In this document: positions 8,659 to 18,767 of the stretch, one piece after another
Numbering within the stretch: position 1 is the stretch's first letter
How the letters are laid out: each line of letters starts with the position of its first letter
Assembly (NCBI GenBank): GCA_031256725.1
Contig: JAIRQE010000005.1
Span: 90,001 to 122,000, forward strand
Length of the DNA: 32,000 bases
Origin: Propionibacteriaceae bacterium
GTDB lineage: Bacteria > Actinomycetota > Actinomycetes > Propionibacteriales > Propionibacteriaceae
Direction: 5' to 3'
Translations under genes and position numbers: made by a program
Notes under the pieces: model-generated
Told to the model about the DNA's origin: nothing
What the model saw: only the letters and a program-made list of their open reading frames with translations
Database searches by the model: none

Positions 8659-9611
8659 GCAAGACTCCATCAGCACAGAACCCTGAATCCTATCGCTCTC
8701 CCGTGAAATCGGGAGTACGCTTCATCGCCCAGGATGTGATGTTGAAATCCTTCGTGTGGAGCATCTGCAAGGTTGAGGTACACGGAACCGAACTTCTTGA
8801 GAACGTCGATGCCCCCTTCATCGTGATCGCCAACCACTCCTCCCACCTGGATGCCTCACTCATCCTTGGATCTCTGCCCCGACGTCTGTCCAAACATGTC
8901 GCCACTGGTGCTGCCGCTGACTACTTCTTTGACAAGAAACTCAAGGCACTGACCACCTCCTTGTTCTTCAACGCCTACCCTGTTGAACGCAAGGGCAGTG
9001 GTACCCATCGTGGCCTCACAGGCCGCCTCCTTGATGCAGGTATCCCCCTGCTGATCTTCCCTGAGGGTACACGCAGCCGTACAGGGGCTATGGGTACCTT
9101 TAAACCAGGTGTAGCCGCCCTCTCCATTGCTCGTAGCGTCCCCTGCATTCCCATGGCTCTCGTAGGCGCCTACGCTGCATGGCCCTATAGCCGCTCCATG
9201 CCCCCCACCAATCATCCTGATGTCCACGTTGTGATAGGCCATCCCATGACCGCCCACAGCGGGGAATCTCCCCAAGACTTTGCCGCTCGTATGCAGCGCA
9301 ACGTCGCCGAGATGTACAACTCCACCGCCCGAGCCTACGGGATGTACACCCTGGACGACTATGCCCGAAACGTTGCCCTCAAAAAGGCCGAAGATGAAGC
9401 TTGGGCTTTGGAGAATGCCGCGGCCCAAGAGTTGGCCGCCTCCCAGGAATTGGAGGCCCAGAAGGCCCCCGAACAGCCTGATGCGACATCCTCCTCAACA
9501 AGGGAAAGGATCGCTGGGATTCCATCCATGATCACTGGGATTTCTGGGGGCCTCACCGGCTCAGTCACCAAGATACTAGGCCGCTTCAAACGTACTGGGG
9601 AATCTGAATAG
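8655..9611 (+). CDS. Lysophospholipid / 1-acyl-sn-glycerol-3-phosphate acyltransferase family protein (PlsC-like) with an acidic, coiled C-terminal tail
   Basis: It has VIANHSSHLDASL (HX4D) and FPEGTRSRTG acyltransferase motifs. The start is trimmed to ATG 8655 (MSKTPSAQ), which overlaps the SDR stop (ATGA). Confidence 0.85.
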   Translation: MSKTPSAQNPESYRSPVKSGVRFIAQDVMLKSFVWSICKVEVHGTELLENVDAPFIVIANHSSHLDASLILGSLPRRLSKHVATGAAADYFFDKKLKALTTSLFFNAYPVERKGSGTHRGLTGRLLDAGIPLLIFPEGTRSRTGAMGTFKPGVAALSIARSVPCIPMALVGAYAAWPYSRSMPPTNHPDVHVVIGHPMTAHSGESPQDFAARMQRNVAEMYNSTARAYGMYTLDDYARNVALKKAEDEAWALENAAAQELAASQELEAQKAPEQPDATSSSTRERIAGIPSMITGISGGLTGSVTKILGRFKRTGESE

Positions 9612-9625
9612 TTTCCGGTCAGTGT

Positions 9626-9649
9626 TGTCAGGAGACGTATCTCCTGACA
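9626..9649. terminator. Perfect 10-bp palindromic hairpin, copy 1 of a 24-nt repeat, likely the terminator after the acyltransferase gene
   Basis: TGTCAGGAGA-cgta-TCTCCTGACA begins 15 nt after the stop at 9611. Its reverse complement matches 17233-17256 (inside rimI) at 23 of 24 positions. Confidence 0.5.
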
Positions 9650-9702
9650 CTATTCATGCTTTCCTGAGAAGTAACCAGTCTCAGGCGCTCAAGACTCCAA
9701 AA

Positions 9703-9757
9703 TTGCAAACTCCTAGGGAGTTTCGCGTTACTCTTTGCAAAACTCCAGTGGAGTTTT
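9703..9757. repeat. Two tandem copies of a roughly 31-nt unit, each carrying an A-tract/stem/T-tract mini-hairpin
   Basis: The copies are TTGCAAACTCC-tag-GGAGTTT (9703-9723) and TTGCAAAACTCC-agt-GGAGTTTT (9735-9757). They are flanked by further small hairpins: CTGAGA-N9-TCTCAG (about 9664-9684) and TCTTCA-tacc-TGAAGA (about 9765-9780). All lie in the convergent gap between the acyltransferase and guaB3. Confidence 0.4.
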
Positions 9758-9833
9758 AATAGAATCTTCATACCTGAAGAGAAAGATCATCCTCGACTAG
9801 CAGAATTCTCGTATTCCCTAGTCTCCTAGAAGA

Positions 9834-10937
9834 TCACACCAGGATCAACTCGGCCTTCTGAAAGGACTTGACGTTGGTGTACCCAGTCGAAGCAAGGGTA
9901 CGACGCAGGGCACCAATCAGGTTCATGGACCCATCAGCGACAAAGCTTGGTCCAAGGAGGATCTCTTCCAAGGAGGCAAGGGTTGTCAATTGCTCGCGCA
10001 GACCTCGCACCAAGGTTGGATGCCAAACTTCGGGACCCCAGTGGTACCCCAATCCTGGAGCTTCACTAGCCCGAGCCAAAGGCAGGCCCACCATCGCCGC
10101 ATCAGCGCCACAGGCCAAGGCTTTGGCGATGTCGCCAGAACCGGAGATTCCACCATCAGCGATGACAGCAACATAGCGGCCACCAGATTCATCCAAATAG
10201 TCCCCACGGGCTGCAGCCGCATCCGAGATCGCGGTAGCCATGGGTACCTCGATCCCAAGAACATCGCGAGTCGCCTTGCGTGCACATCCACCGAAACCAA
10301 CCAGGATCCCAGCAGCACCAGCCCGCATCAGGTGAAGGGCGGTGTGATAGTTCACACAACCACCAACGATCACGGGTATATCCAAAGTGTGAATGAACTC
10401 CTTCATATCCAAGGCATCATCAGCGGAGGACACATATTGTGCGGAGACTGAGGTACCTGTGATGACCAGGAAATCGGCCCCGGACTTCACCACATGGGGT
10501 GCGTACTCTCGTACCGTCTTGGGGCTCAAAGCCCCAGCAAAATGGACCCCTGCCTCACGAATCTCACTTAGGCGACGATCAATGAGCTCAGCTTTAATGG
10601 GCTCAGCGTAGACCTTCTGCATGGTTTTCACCGCTTCGATAGGATCGGTGATCCCAGCGAGTTTGGCGAAAACGCTTGTGGGGTCCTCATACCGGGTCCA
10701 CAGGCCCTCAAGATTGAGTACGCCCAATCCACCGAGTTGACCCATTGTGATGACGGTGGCTGGGGACATCACAGAATCCATAGGTGCTGCAATGAGTGGG
10801 TAGTCCAGGCTGACAGCGTCGATCTTCCATGTCAGATCAACATCGTCAATATCTCGGGCCCTCTTGGTGGGGACGATGGCCACATCTTCGAGGTCATATG
10901 CTTTCGCCACCAAATTGGCTCGGCCGATGTCGTACAT
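9834..10937 (-). CDS. guaB3: GuaB3-family IMP dehydrogenase-related protein (no CBS insert)
   Basis: The N-terminus is IGRANLVAKAYDLEDVAIVPTKRARDIDDVDL. It has a TIM-barrel IMPDH-like core (IADGGISGSGDIAKALACGADAAMVG) and lacks the CBS pair. It lies immediately downstream of guaB, as in other actinobacteria. Confidence 0.88.
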   Translation of the reverse strand: MYDIGRANLVAKAYDLEDVAIVPTKRARDIDDVDLTWKIDAVSLDYPLIAAPMDSVMSPATVITMGQLGGLGVLNLEGLWTRYEDPTSVFAKLAGITDPIEAVKTMQKVYAEPIKAELIDRRLSEIREAGVHFAGALSPKTVREYAPHVVKSGADFLVITGTSVSAQYVSSADDALDMKEFIHTLDIPVIVGGCVNYHTALHLMRAGAAGILVGFGGCARKATRDVLGIEVPMATAISDAAAARGDYLDESGGRYVAVIADGGISGSGDIAKALACGADAAMVGLPLARASEAPGLGYHWGPEVWHPTLVRGLREQLTTLASLEEILLGPSFVADGSMNLIGALRRTLASTGYTNVKSFQKAELILV

Positions 10938-10945
10938 TATTCTCC

Positions 10946-12505
<1,560 letters not shown>

Positions 12506-12739
12506 CTAGTCGCCTCAGCCAATGAGGTACCTCCCCCTGTCCAGAATTACACTCAAGGATCTGGGTACCGATTGAACACAAGTACCCATTCCTAGCCAGT
12601 TCCGCTCCCCTTCACCCTGGATTGTAAACTTGCGACCCTGAAAATCTCGGATTTGGGGGTACACCTCCCCAACTTCTCGAAGTACCTACTGAAATAGCAA
12701 GAATTGCTAACTTACGACGATCCATTGTGATCAGGGGGA

Positions 12740-13999
12740 TCAGGCCTGGGGAACCATCCTTGTTAAGGTATTCACCACACGATCATAGGTATCACGACTA
12801 GGGCGATCCACCACATGGGAGAGCATCCGGTGTGTGAGGTTTCTCACCACGGGAATCGGCAGACCATAATGGGCAGCAATCTTCATCACATGTGGATTGG
12901 AAATGATTCTGCCAAAGAGGTTCCCGAGCCAGAAGTACCCACCCCATTCATCACCCAACCGACTCGCATAACCCGCAAAGGCACGTTCACAGGATCGGGT
13001 GTACAAGCCTCGGGAGTAGCCCTGAATAATGGCCTCAGCAGCGAAACGTCCCGACTCCATGGCATAGGAGATCCCCTCACCATTGAAAGGGTTGATCGCA
13101 CCAGCTGCATCACCGACAAGGAACAACCCCCTTGAATACACTGGTTTACGGTTGAACCCCATGGGAAGAGCCGCACTACGAATCTTCCCCAATTGATGAT
13201 CTGGAGTGAAACCCCACGAGTCGGGCAATGACATCAACCACCGCGACATGGTGTCTCGAAGATCAATATCACGGTACCTCGCAGCATCAGGCAAACCCAG
13301 ACCAACATTGCATGTACCATCGCCGAGGGGGAAACTCCAGGCGTATCCTGGAAGAAGTCGAGGGCTCTTGGAGGTACCATCCCACAGCTCCAACCAGGAA
13401 TCGAGCCAATCCTGATTCGATGCTGGTGAGGAGAAGTATGCTCGTACTGCAATTCCCATTGGTCGAGATTCAATCCTGTGTAGGCCCATGGATACTGCGA
13501 GCCGTGCTGATCCTCCATCGCAAGCAACCACAATTGGGGCTTCAAAACAGCGGCCATCTTTTGTTTCAACCCCTGTAATTCTTCCTTGCTGCTCAACTGA
13601 TTTACATACATTTGCATTTGTCACAAGATTCACACCAGCTTTAATTGTCTGATTTGCGAGAAAATGATCAAAGAGTGAACGCTTGACAGCCATACCAATT
13701 GACGGGAAATCTCTAGACTCGGGCCATTCAAGAAGATATCGAGACTTAGCAACATGAATGCGTAGACCACGATTTTTTTTCCACGAAAGAGTTTCAGGAT
13801 TGATGCCCAGGTAAGCCAACTCTCGTAGAACGCGCGGAGTCAATCCATCGCCACATATCTTATCTCGCGGAAACTCTGCCTTCTCCAGAAGTGTGACATT
13901 CAAACCAGACTTGGCTAGGTGTATTGCAGTGGCACACCCTCCAGGACCGGCGCCCACAACGACAACATCACTGCGCGTGCGCTCCTCAGTGGTAGTCAT
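12740..13999 (-). CDS. Geranylgeranyl reductase family FAD-dependent oxidoreductase (MenJ-like candidate)
   Basis: It has the FAD motif VVVVGAGPGGCATA, then LEKAEFPRDKICGDGLTP and GDAAGAINPFNGEGI. ATG 13999 is preceded by GAAGGAG. Proximity to menF suggests a menaquinone-saturating role, but that is an inference only. Confidence 0.85.
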   Translation of the reverse strand: MTTTEERTRSDVVVVGAGPGGCATAIHLAKSGLNVTLLEKAEFPRDKICGDGLTPRVLRELAYLGINPETLSWKKNRGLRIHVAKSRYLLEWPESRDFPSIGMAVKRSLFDHFLANQTIKAGVNLVTNANVCKSVEQQGRITGVETKDGRCFEAPIVVACDGGSARLAVSMGLHRIESRPMGIAVRAYFSSPASNQDWLDSWLELWDGTSKSPRLLPGYAWSFPLGDGTCNVGLGLPDAARYRDIDLRDTMSRWLMSLPDSWGFTPDHQLGKIRSAALPMGFNRKPVYSRGLFLVGDAAGAINPFNGEGISYAMESGRFAAEAIIQGYSRGLYTRSCERAFAGYASRLGDEWGGYFWLGNLFGRIISNPHVMKIAAHYGLPIPVVRNLTHRMLSHVVDRPSRDTYDRVVNTLTRMVPQA

Positions 14000-14199
14000 C
14001 AAACTCCTTCACAACACCTCAGGGAAAAACTCGTAGTCAGTCTACTCCCTACCCCAGATTCCAGAGATGACATAACTTCATGGGTTGTGCAATCAAGGAG
14101 TGTGCCATTACCCAAAATCCGACTGAGAAAGATTCGCTTTTTTCATTGTAAAGACTTAAAGAATCAGGCTATTGTTAAAGAATTAGGGGAGGAGGGTGT

Positions 14200-14556
14200 A
14201 TGGCTACTTCTGTTGTAGTTACTTCTGATTTGTCCGGGTTGCCAGGTGCAACCCCCCGTTTTGTGACAGTAGGTTCTGTGGCATATCAAGTCGATATGAC
14301 CGATTCTGAATTCGCTGAATATGAGTCAGTGGTGTCCTCGTACATTGAGGTTGGGCGAAAGGTTTCGCTAGAGAAACTGGTTTACGGGGAAGCTGGTTTA
14401 CGCAGACCACGCGGGCGACGCTCGTCTGAAGAGACCGCCGCCATTAAAACCTGGGCGCGAGAAAATGGTTATGCATTCCAAAGTCGGGGTCGCCTACCAC
14501 AGGTTCTTCTTGACGCCTACCAACGGGCGCATCCCGCAGGTACGGGTGTGTACTAG
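14200..14556 (+). CDS. lsr2: Lsr2 family nucleoid-associated protein
   Basis: The N-terminal part resembles the Lsr2 dimerisation domain (VVVTSDLSG...VTVGSVAYQVDMTDSEF). It has a basic RRPRGRR linker and a C-terminal DNA-binding motif, AAIKTWARENGYAFQSRGRLPQVLLDAYQRAH. A strong RBS (GGGGAGGAGGG) lies 4 nt upstream of ATG 14200. Confidence 0.88.
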   Translation: MATSVVVTSDLSGLPGATPRFVTVGSVAYQVDMTDSEFAEYESVVSSYIEVGRKVSLEKLVYGEAGLRRPRGRRSSEETAAIKTWARENGYAFQSRGRLPQVLLDAYQRAHPAGTGVY

Positions 14557-14625
14557 CCCGCCAATCAAGGGAACTTGTGGGACACTTTGGTGTACCACCA
14601 CACATGACTCCATCCGAGAGTATTC

Positions 14626-15825
14626 TTGGCTTTCGTGGATCTAGTGACGACGAAGGCCATAGCTGGCGTGGACCTTTTGACGAGCCTCCCTGATGGGGGT
14701 GAACTCTCGTGCTGGTTGCGTCGAGGAGAGGGAATCGTTGGAATAGGGTGTGCCCACTCGCAAACCTTGGATAGCGCTGAGGAAGCCGACACTTGGTGGA
14801 GCCAGATTCTAGGATCAACCCAGATCATCAATGACCTTGAGGATCAACCCATGGCTGGCCCGGTGGCATTCATTAGTTTCCCCTTCTCAGCTGAGGGTTC
14901 CTATGAGATTATCGTTCCCAAAATTCTTATAGGAAGCCGCAAGGGGCAAGCCTGGATAACCTCCTGGAATGGGGCATCCTGGGATCCGCAGATCCTACCG
15001 AACAAACCCGTACCTGCAAGAGCAAGAAGGTGCACCTCACCTGTTGCCCAGGATCAATGGCTCGCTCAGGTGCGAGAAGCAATCACGAGAATCCATGACT
15101 CTCACCTGGCCAAGGTAGTTCTCGCTCGCGAAGAAATTCTAGAGATGGCCCCTGGTTTCGATCGCCGATGGGTCATGAAACATCTTGGAGAAACCTATCC
15201 CCAGACGTGGACCTTCTGCGTTAAGGATCTCATTGGCGCCAGTCCTGAACTCCTGATTCGCCAGGATCGTGGGCTCATCACCTCCCGAGTACTCGCTGGT
15301 ACGATCCATGGCGATAAAGATGCGACTGCGCTAGCAGAGGCACTCAGTTCCTCCTCTAAGGATCTTGCTGAGCATGAGTACGCCGTGGCCTCTGTGGCCC
15401 AGGCCCTTGATGCTCATTGCACCTCCCTCCATGTTCCCGAGATTCCCTTCGTCCTCCAGCTTCCCAATGTCATGCACCTTGCATCAGACATCACAGGGGC
15501 GGTACGACCCGGTTCAACTGTGGTCGCACTAGCCTCCGCAATTCATCCATCAGCTGCTGTGTGTGGTACCCCCACCGACCAGGCTCGCGAACTCATAGCC
15601 GAACTAGAGGACATGGATCGAGGCAGATATGCTGGCCCTATCGGTTGGATCAACTCCCATGGGGACGGCGAAATAGCCTTGGCATTGCGCTGCGGTTTGA
15701 TTACGAATGAGCATGTACATATCTACGCAGGATGTGGAATCCTTGCAGATTCGGATCCCATGGCTGAATGGGAGGAAACCAACGCAAAACTCCAGCCCAT
15801 GAAACAGGCTCTCGGGGCCGCTTAA
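14626..15825 (+). CDS. menF: Isochorismate synthase (menaquinone pathway)
   Basis: It has chorismate-binding enzyme motifs: [39 protein letters not shown] (isochorismate synthase-type rather than TrpE/PabB-type), and [11 protein letters not shown]...[10 protein letters not shown]...[11 protein letters not shown]. The start is uncertain: TTG 14626, or GTG 14635 or 14644. Confidence 0.85.
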   Translation: MAFVDLVTTKAIAGVDLLTSLPDGGELSCWLRRGEGIVGIGCAHSQTLDSAEEADTWWSQILGSTQIINDLEDQPMAGPVAFISFPFSAEGSYEIIVPKILIGSRKGQAWITSWNGASWDPQILPNKPVPARARRCTSPVAQDQWLAQVREAITRIHDSHLAKVVLAREEILEMAPGFDRRWVMKHLGETYPQTWTFCVKDLIGASPELLIRQDRGLITSRVLAGTIHGDKDATALAEALSSSSKDLAEHEYAVASVAQALDAHCTSLHVPEIPFVLQLPNVMHLASDITGAVRPGSTVVALASAIHPSAAVCGTPTDQARELIAELEDMDRGRYAGPIGWINSHGDGEIALALRCGLITNEHVHIYAGCGILADSDPMAEWEETNAKLQPMKQALGAA

Positions 15826-16865
15826 ACCGAGACCTGGTTGATCGGCATCCCAGAGTAGGCGGAGATAGTCATCGACGAGGGTTGGATTCCCGCCCGTACC
15901 AACTCTGAGCCCACGACTGCGATCATGGCTCCATTGTCAGTACACAACCTTGGGCTCGGCCTTCTCAATGTTATTCCCGCTTCAGTACACCGCAACTCCA
16001 GTAACTGCCTCAACCGTGAATTGGCGGCCACACCACCTCCAAGAACGAGGGAATCGATACCATGAAATTGACAGGCATCAATGGCTTTCGCAGTGAGTAC
16101 GTCCGCAACTGCTTCCTGGAAACTCGCAGCCACGTCGGCAACTGCGAACTCTTCACCATCGCGTTTACGGATCTCAACCCAGCGCGCTACAGCAGTTTTC
16201 AACCCCGAGAAAGAGTAGTTGAATCGGTGGCGCTCCCAATCATGGCGAGCTGTGAGTCCACGAGGGAAAGCAATGGCCTTCGGATTGCCTTCAGCAGCGA
16301 GACGATCAATCACGGGTCCTCCCGGATAAGCCAAGCCCAAGAGTCGAGCAACCTTGTCATAGGCTTCACCAGCTGCGTCGTCGATGGTGGTACCAATCTC
16401 CTCAACCTCGCTGGCAATATCAGTGACCTTCACAAGATTCGTATGACCACCAGAGACCAACAAAGCCATTGTGGGCTTGGGAAGGGGTCCGTGTTCAAGC
16501 ATGTCAACCCCAACATGGGCAATGAGATGGTTGACCCCATACAGGGGTTTCTTCAAGGCGAAAGCCAAGGCCTTGGCCGCCGAAAGACCAACCACAAGCG
16601 CACCCATCAGTCCAGGTCCCGCTGTCACCGCGATAGCATCGATCTCATTGAGGTCGATCCCCGCAGCTTCGACAGCCCTGTTGAGTGTTGGAGTCATGGC
16701 TTCCAGATGAGCCCTAGATGCGATTTCTGGTACCACTCCCCCAAATCGGGCGTGCTCCTCCACTGAGCTTGCCACCTCATTGGCTAGGAGTTCATATCCC
16801 CTGACTATCCCAACTCCGGTCTCATCACAACTGGATTCAATACCAAGGATCAACGGTTCAGACAT
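15822..16865 (-). CDS. tsaD: tRNA N6-adenosine threonylcarbamoyltransferase
   Basis: Supporting motifs are [31 protein letters not shown] and [13 protein letters not shown] 16865 is preceded by GAGGAGGAACC. The stop overlaps the menF stop (TTAA, 15822-15825). Confidence 0.96.
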   Translation of the reverse strand: MSEPLILGIESSCDETGVGIVRGYELLANEVASSVEEHARFGGVVPEIASRAHLEAMTPTLNRAVEAAGIDLNEIDAIAVTAGPGLMGALVVGLSAAKALAFALKKPLYGVNHLIAHVGVDMLEHGPLPKPTMALLVSGGHTNLVKVTDIASEVEEIGTTIDDAAGEAYDKVARLLGLAYPGGPVIDRLAAEGNPKAIAFPRGLTARHDWERHRFNYSFSGLKTAVARWVEIRKRDGEEFAVADVAASFQEAVADVLTAKAIDACQFHGIDSLVLGGGVAANSRLRQLLELRCTEAGITLRRPSPRLCTDNGAMIAVVGSELVRAGIQPSSMTISAYSGMPINQVSV

Positions 16866-17410
16866 GGTTCCTCCTCGTGGGTTTGCACAGGTACAGGCAC
16901 CCATCGATAGACCAGAGCATCATCACCTGGTCGGTAATAATCCTTCCGAGTCGCAATGAGTTCAAACCCCCAGTTCTCGTAAAGCCTGATTGCAGTCGCA
17001 TTCTCATCCGACACCTCCAGAAAGACTTCCTCGGCTTTTTGCGCCATGGCCCAGTCACATCCATATTTTAGGAGTACGGACCCGAGTCCTTGTTTCCTCA
17101 TTGACTGGGCAACGATGATTCGACGTACCTCTGCTGTCTCACCTACCCATCCCATGGAGATGACCCCATTCCAAACTCTGTCACCGCAGTCTTCGGGTGA
17201 ACCACACTCAGTCATGATTTCTGGGGTTTCGTTGTCAGGAGATACGTCCCCTGACACCCCTGCGACAACCGTCCTCTGGGCGAGGATAACGTGATGGTGA
17301 GCAATCTCCTCAGCCCATGCTTGGGGTGACCACCCTTGTGGAAAGGCTTCGACCTCCAAGGCCATGATCGCTGGAAGATCCTTAAGGTCCGCCACACTGA
17401 GTACCGTCAT
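16850..17410 (-). CDS. rimI: Ribosomal-protein-alanine N-acetyltransferase (GNAT), with an internal insertion of roughly 25-30 aa
   Basis: It has a GNAT core ([19 protein letters not shown]...[20 protein letters not shown]). Its position between tsaB and tsaD is canonical. At 186 aa it is longer than the roughly 150 aa I remember for RimI. The extra segment (residues about 50-80, nt about 17171-17263) carries the palindromic repeat. Confidence 0.85.
   Translation of the reverse strand: MTVLSVADLKDLPAIMALEVEAFPQGWSPQAWAEEIAHHHVILAQRTVVAGVSGDVSPDNETPEIMTECGSPEDCGDRVWNGVISMGWVGETAEVRRIIVAQSMRKQGLGSVLLKYGCDWAMAQKAEEVFLEVSDENATAIRLYENWGFELIATRKDYYRPGDDALVYRWVPVPVQTHEEEPCLNR
17233..17256. repeat. 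Copy 2 of the 24-nt palindromic repeat, inside the rimI coding sequence
   Basis: The sequence is TGTCAGGAGA-tacg-TCCCCTGACA. It matches the reverse complement of 9626-9649 at 23 of 24 positions. It encodes VSGDVSPDN in the rimI frame. Confidence 0.6.
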
Positions 17411-18078
17411 CGCTGCCCCTCAGTGGGCAGGACAGATTTGGTTGAACCTGGTTCTGTGGCATCGGCATGACGCAGGTAGAGCGGCTGAGAGCCAACATCA
17501 GGCAGTGCGTGGATACTCATGGCAAGGACGTCCGCACATAGATCCGTGTTCACCAGCCGTGGATCAGTACGTAGCCCAGCATCAGGGTAGGCCAGTACTC
17601 CCGGCCCGTAACATACCAAATCGGGCAGATCGCGAGGATCTGAAACAAAGGGGCCTGCCTTTCGTACCCCACAAGAGGAGTACTGAGCCCAATAGACTTC
17701 CTTGCGCCGAGCATCTGTACATGCAATGAAATCATCGCCTAAGTCACAATTCTCCGCCCCCGAAAGAACACTCAGGGCTAAGACGTCGAGACTGCATACA
17801 TGATAAACTGGAATAGTAAGAACAGATCCTAGGGTGGTGGCAGCTACAATCCCCACTCGTAGGCCGGTGAAAGGCCCTGGACCCATCCCCACACCGATAC
17901 CTGACAGATCATCCATCGTGACCCCAGTGACATCCATGATGTGCTCAATGGTGGGCATCAGCATCTCAGCATGACTGCGGGAATCCCCAGTGATGACCCC
18001 AGCAACTGCGACTCCATCCCTTGCTATACCGACGCTGATCCTCGTTGAGGTATCGATCCCCAGTATCACCTCAGTCAT
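17407..18078 (-). CDS. tsaB: tRNA threonylcarbamoyladenosine biosynthesis protein TsaB
   Basis: It has the ILGIDTSTRISVGIA N-terminus and an ASKHA-fold-like sequence. ATG 18078 is 6 nt after GAAGGAG, while the track ORF starts two codons earlier at 18084. Its stop overlaps the rimI start (ATGA). Confidence 0.9.
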   Translation of the reverse strand: MTEVILGIDTSTRISVGIARDGVAVAGVITGDSRSHAEMLMPTIEHIMDVTGVTMDDLSGIGVGMGPGPFTGLRVGIVAATTLGSVLTIPVYHVCSLDVLALSVLSGAENCDLGDDFIACTDARRKEVYWAQYSSCGVRKAGPFVSDPRDLPDLVCYGPGVLAYPDAGLRTDPRLVNTDLCADVLAMSIHALPDVGSQPLYLRHADATEPGSTKSVLPTEGQR

Positions 18079-18129
18079 CACCATCTCCTTCGCGTGTCAC
18101 AGAGGTCCCCTGTTAGTGTCACTTCTCAT

Positions 18130-18178
18130 ATCACGAGTATCACGAGTCATATCACGAGATACGTCCGCCGTCACGAGT
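18130..18178. repeat. Four copies of (A)TCACGAGT in the tsaE-tsaB spacer
   Basis: TCACGAGT occurs at 18131-18138, 18140-18147 and 18171-18178, and TCACGAGA at 18152-18159. Start-to-start spacings are 9, 12 and 19 nt. They lie in an unusually long (97-nt) gap inside an otherwise overlapping operon. Confidence 0.6.
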
Positions 18179-18181
18179 ACC

Positions 18182-18724
18182 TTAGTCATCACTATCTCCT
18201 TGGGCATCTGCTTGAGCATCACGACCCATATCCTCGTTGATGAATGCCTGCCACTGGTCAATCAGGGATTCCCAGCGCGAACCAACAGCCATGATCTCAA
18301 CCGACCTTGTCTCATTCTCAATATCTGGCGAGCGTAGAATCTCGATCTCTAAACGGTTCTCACTGAGATGGTCGACAAGGCCCTTACCCCATTCAACAAC
18401 GGTAACCGAGAAAGGCATCTCCTGTTCAAGATCAAGGTCATCGACCTCATAGGAGCTTGCCAGACGATAGGCATCCACATGTACAAGTGCTGGACCCGTA
18501 CCAGAAGATCGATGGATTCGGGATAGGACAAAGGTGGGGGAAATCACGGCCCCTTGAACATCAAGCCCCTCACCAATCCCCTGAGTGAGCTGGGTCTTTC
18601 CAGCCCCCAATTCACCAGTCAGGATGATGAGATCCCCAGGAAGAAGAAGGCGTGCAAGATCACGTCCGAGCGTGTGCATATCCTCAGCGGTGGACACTGC
18701 TATTCGGATCGGCCCGAGATTCAT
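18182..18724 (-). CDS. tsaE: tRNA t6A37 threonylcarbamoyltransferase complex ATPase subunit TsaE
   Basis: It has the Walker A motif LTGELGAGKTQLTQGI, then SPTF.L and HVDAYRL. ATG 18724 is preceded by GAGAGGGTAGGA. The track start at 18790 would overlap the permease gene by 23 nt. There is an acidic C-terminal tail (DAQADAQGDSDD). Confidence 0.9.
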   Translation of the reverse strand: MNLGPIRIAVSTAEDMHTLGRDLARLLLPGDLIILTGELGAGKTQLTQGIGEGLDVQGAVISPTFVLSRIHRSSGTGPALVHVDAYRLASSYEVDDLDLEQEMPFSVTVVEWGKGLVDHLSENRLEIEILRSPDIENETRSVEIMAVGSRWESLIDQWQAFINEDMGRDAQADAQGDSDD

Positions 18725-18767
18725 TCCTACCCTCTCGCCTGGGTTGACCAGGATTATCCTACGCGGG

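Noticed and set aside
9795-9806. The 12-mer GACTAGCAGAAT is shared between 9795-9806 and 29239-29250.
   Set aside because: Exact 12-mer sharing is expected tens of times by chance among all position pairs in 32 kb, and the flanks do not match.
18152-18175. Possible third copy of the 24-nt palindromic repeat (aTCAcGAGATACGTCCgCcGtCAc), and the shared GTCCCCTG at about 18098-18106.
   Set aside because: Only about 18 of 24 positions match and there is no palindromic stem. My back-of-envelope estimate is that hundreds of such matches are expected by chance in a window this size.
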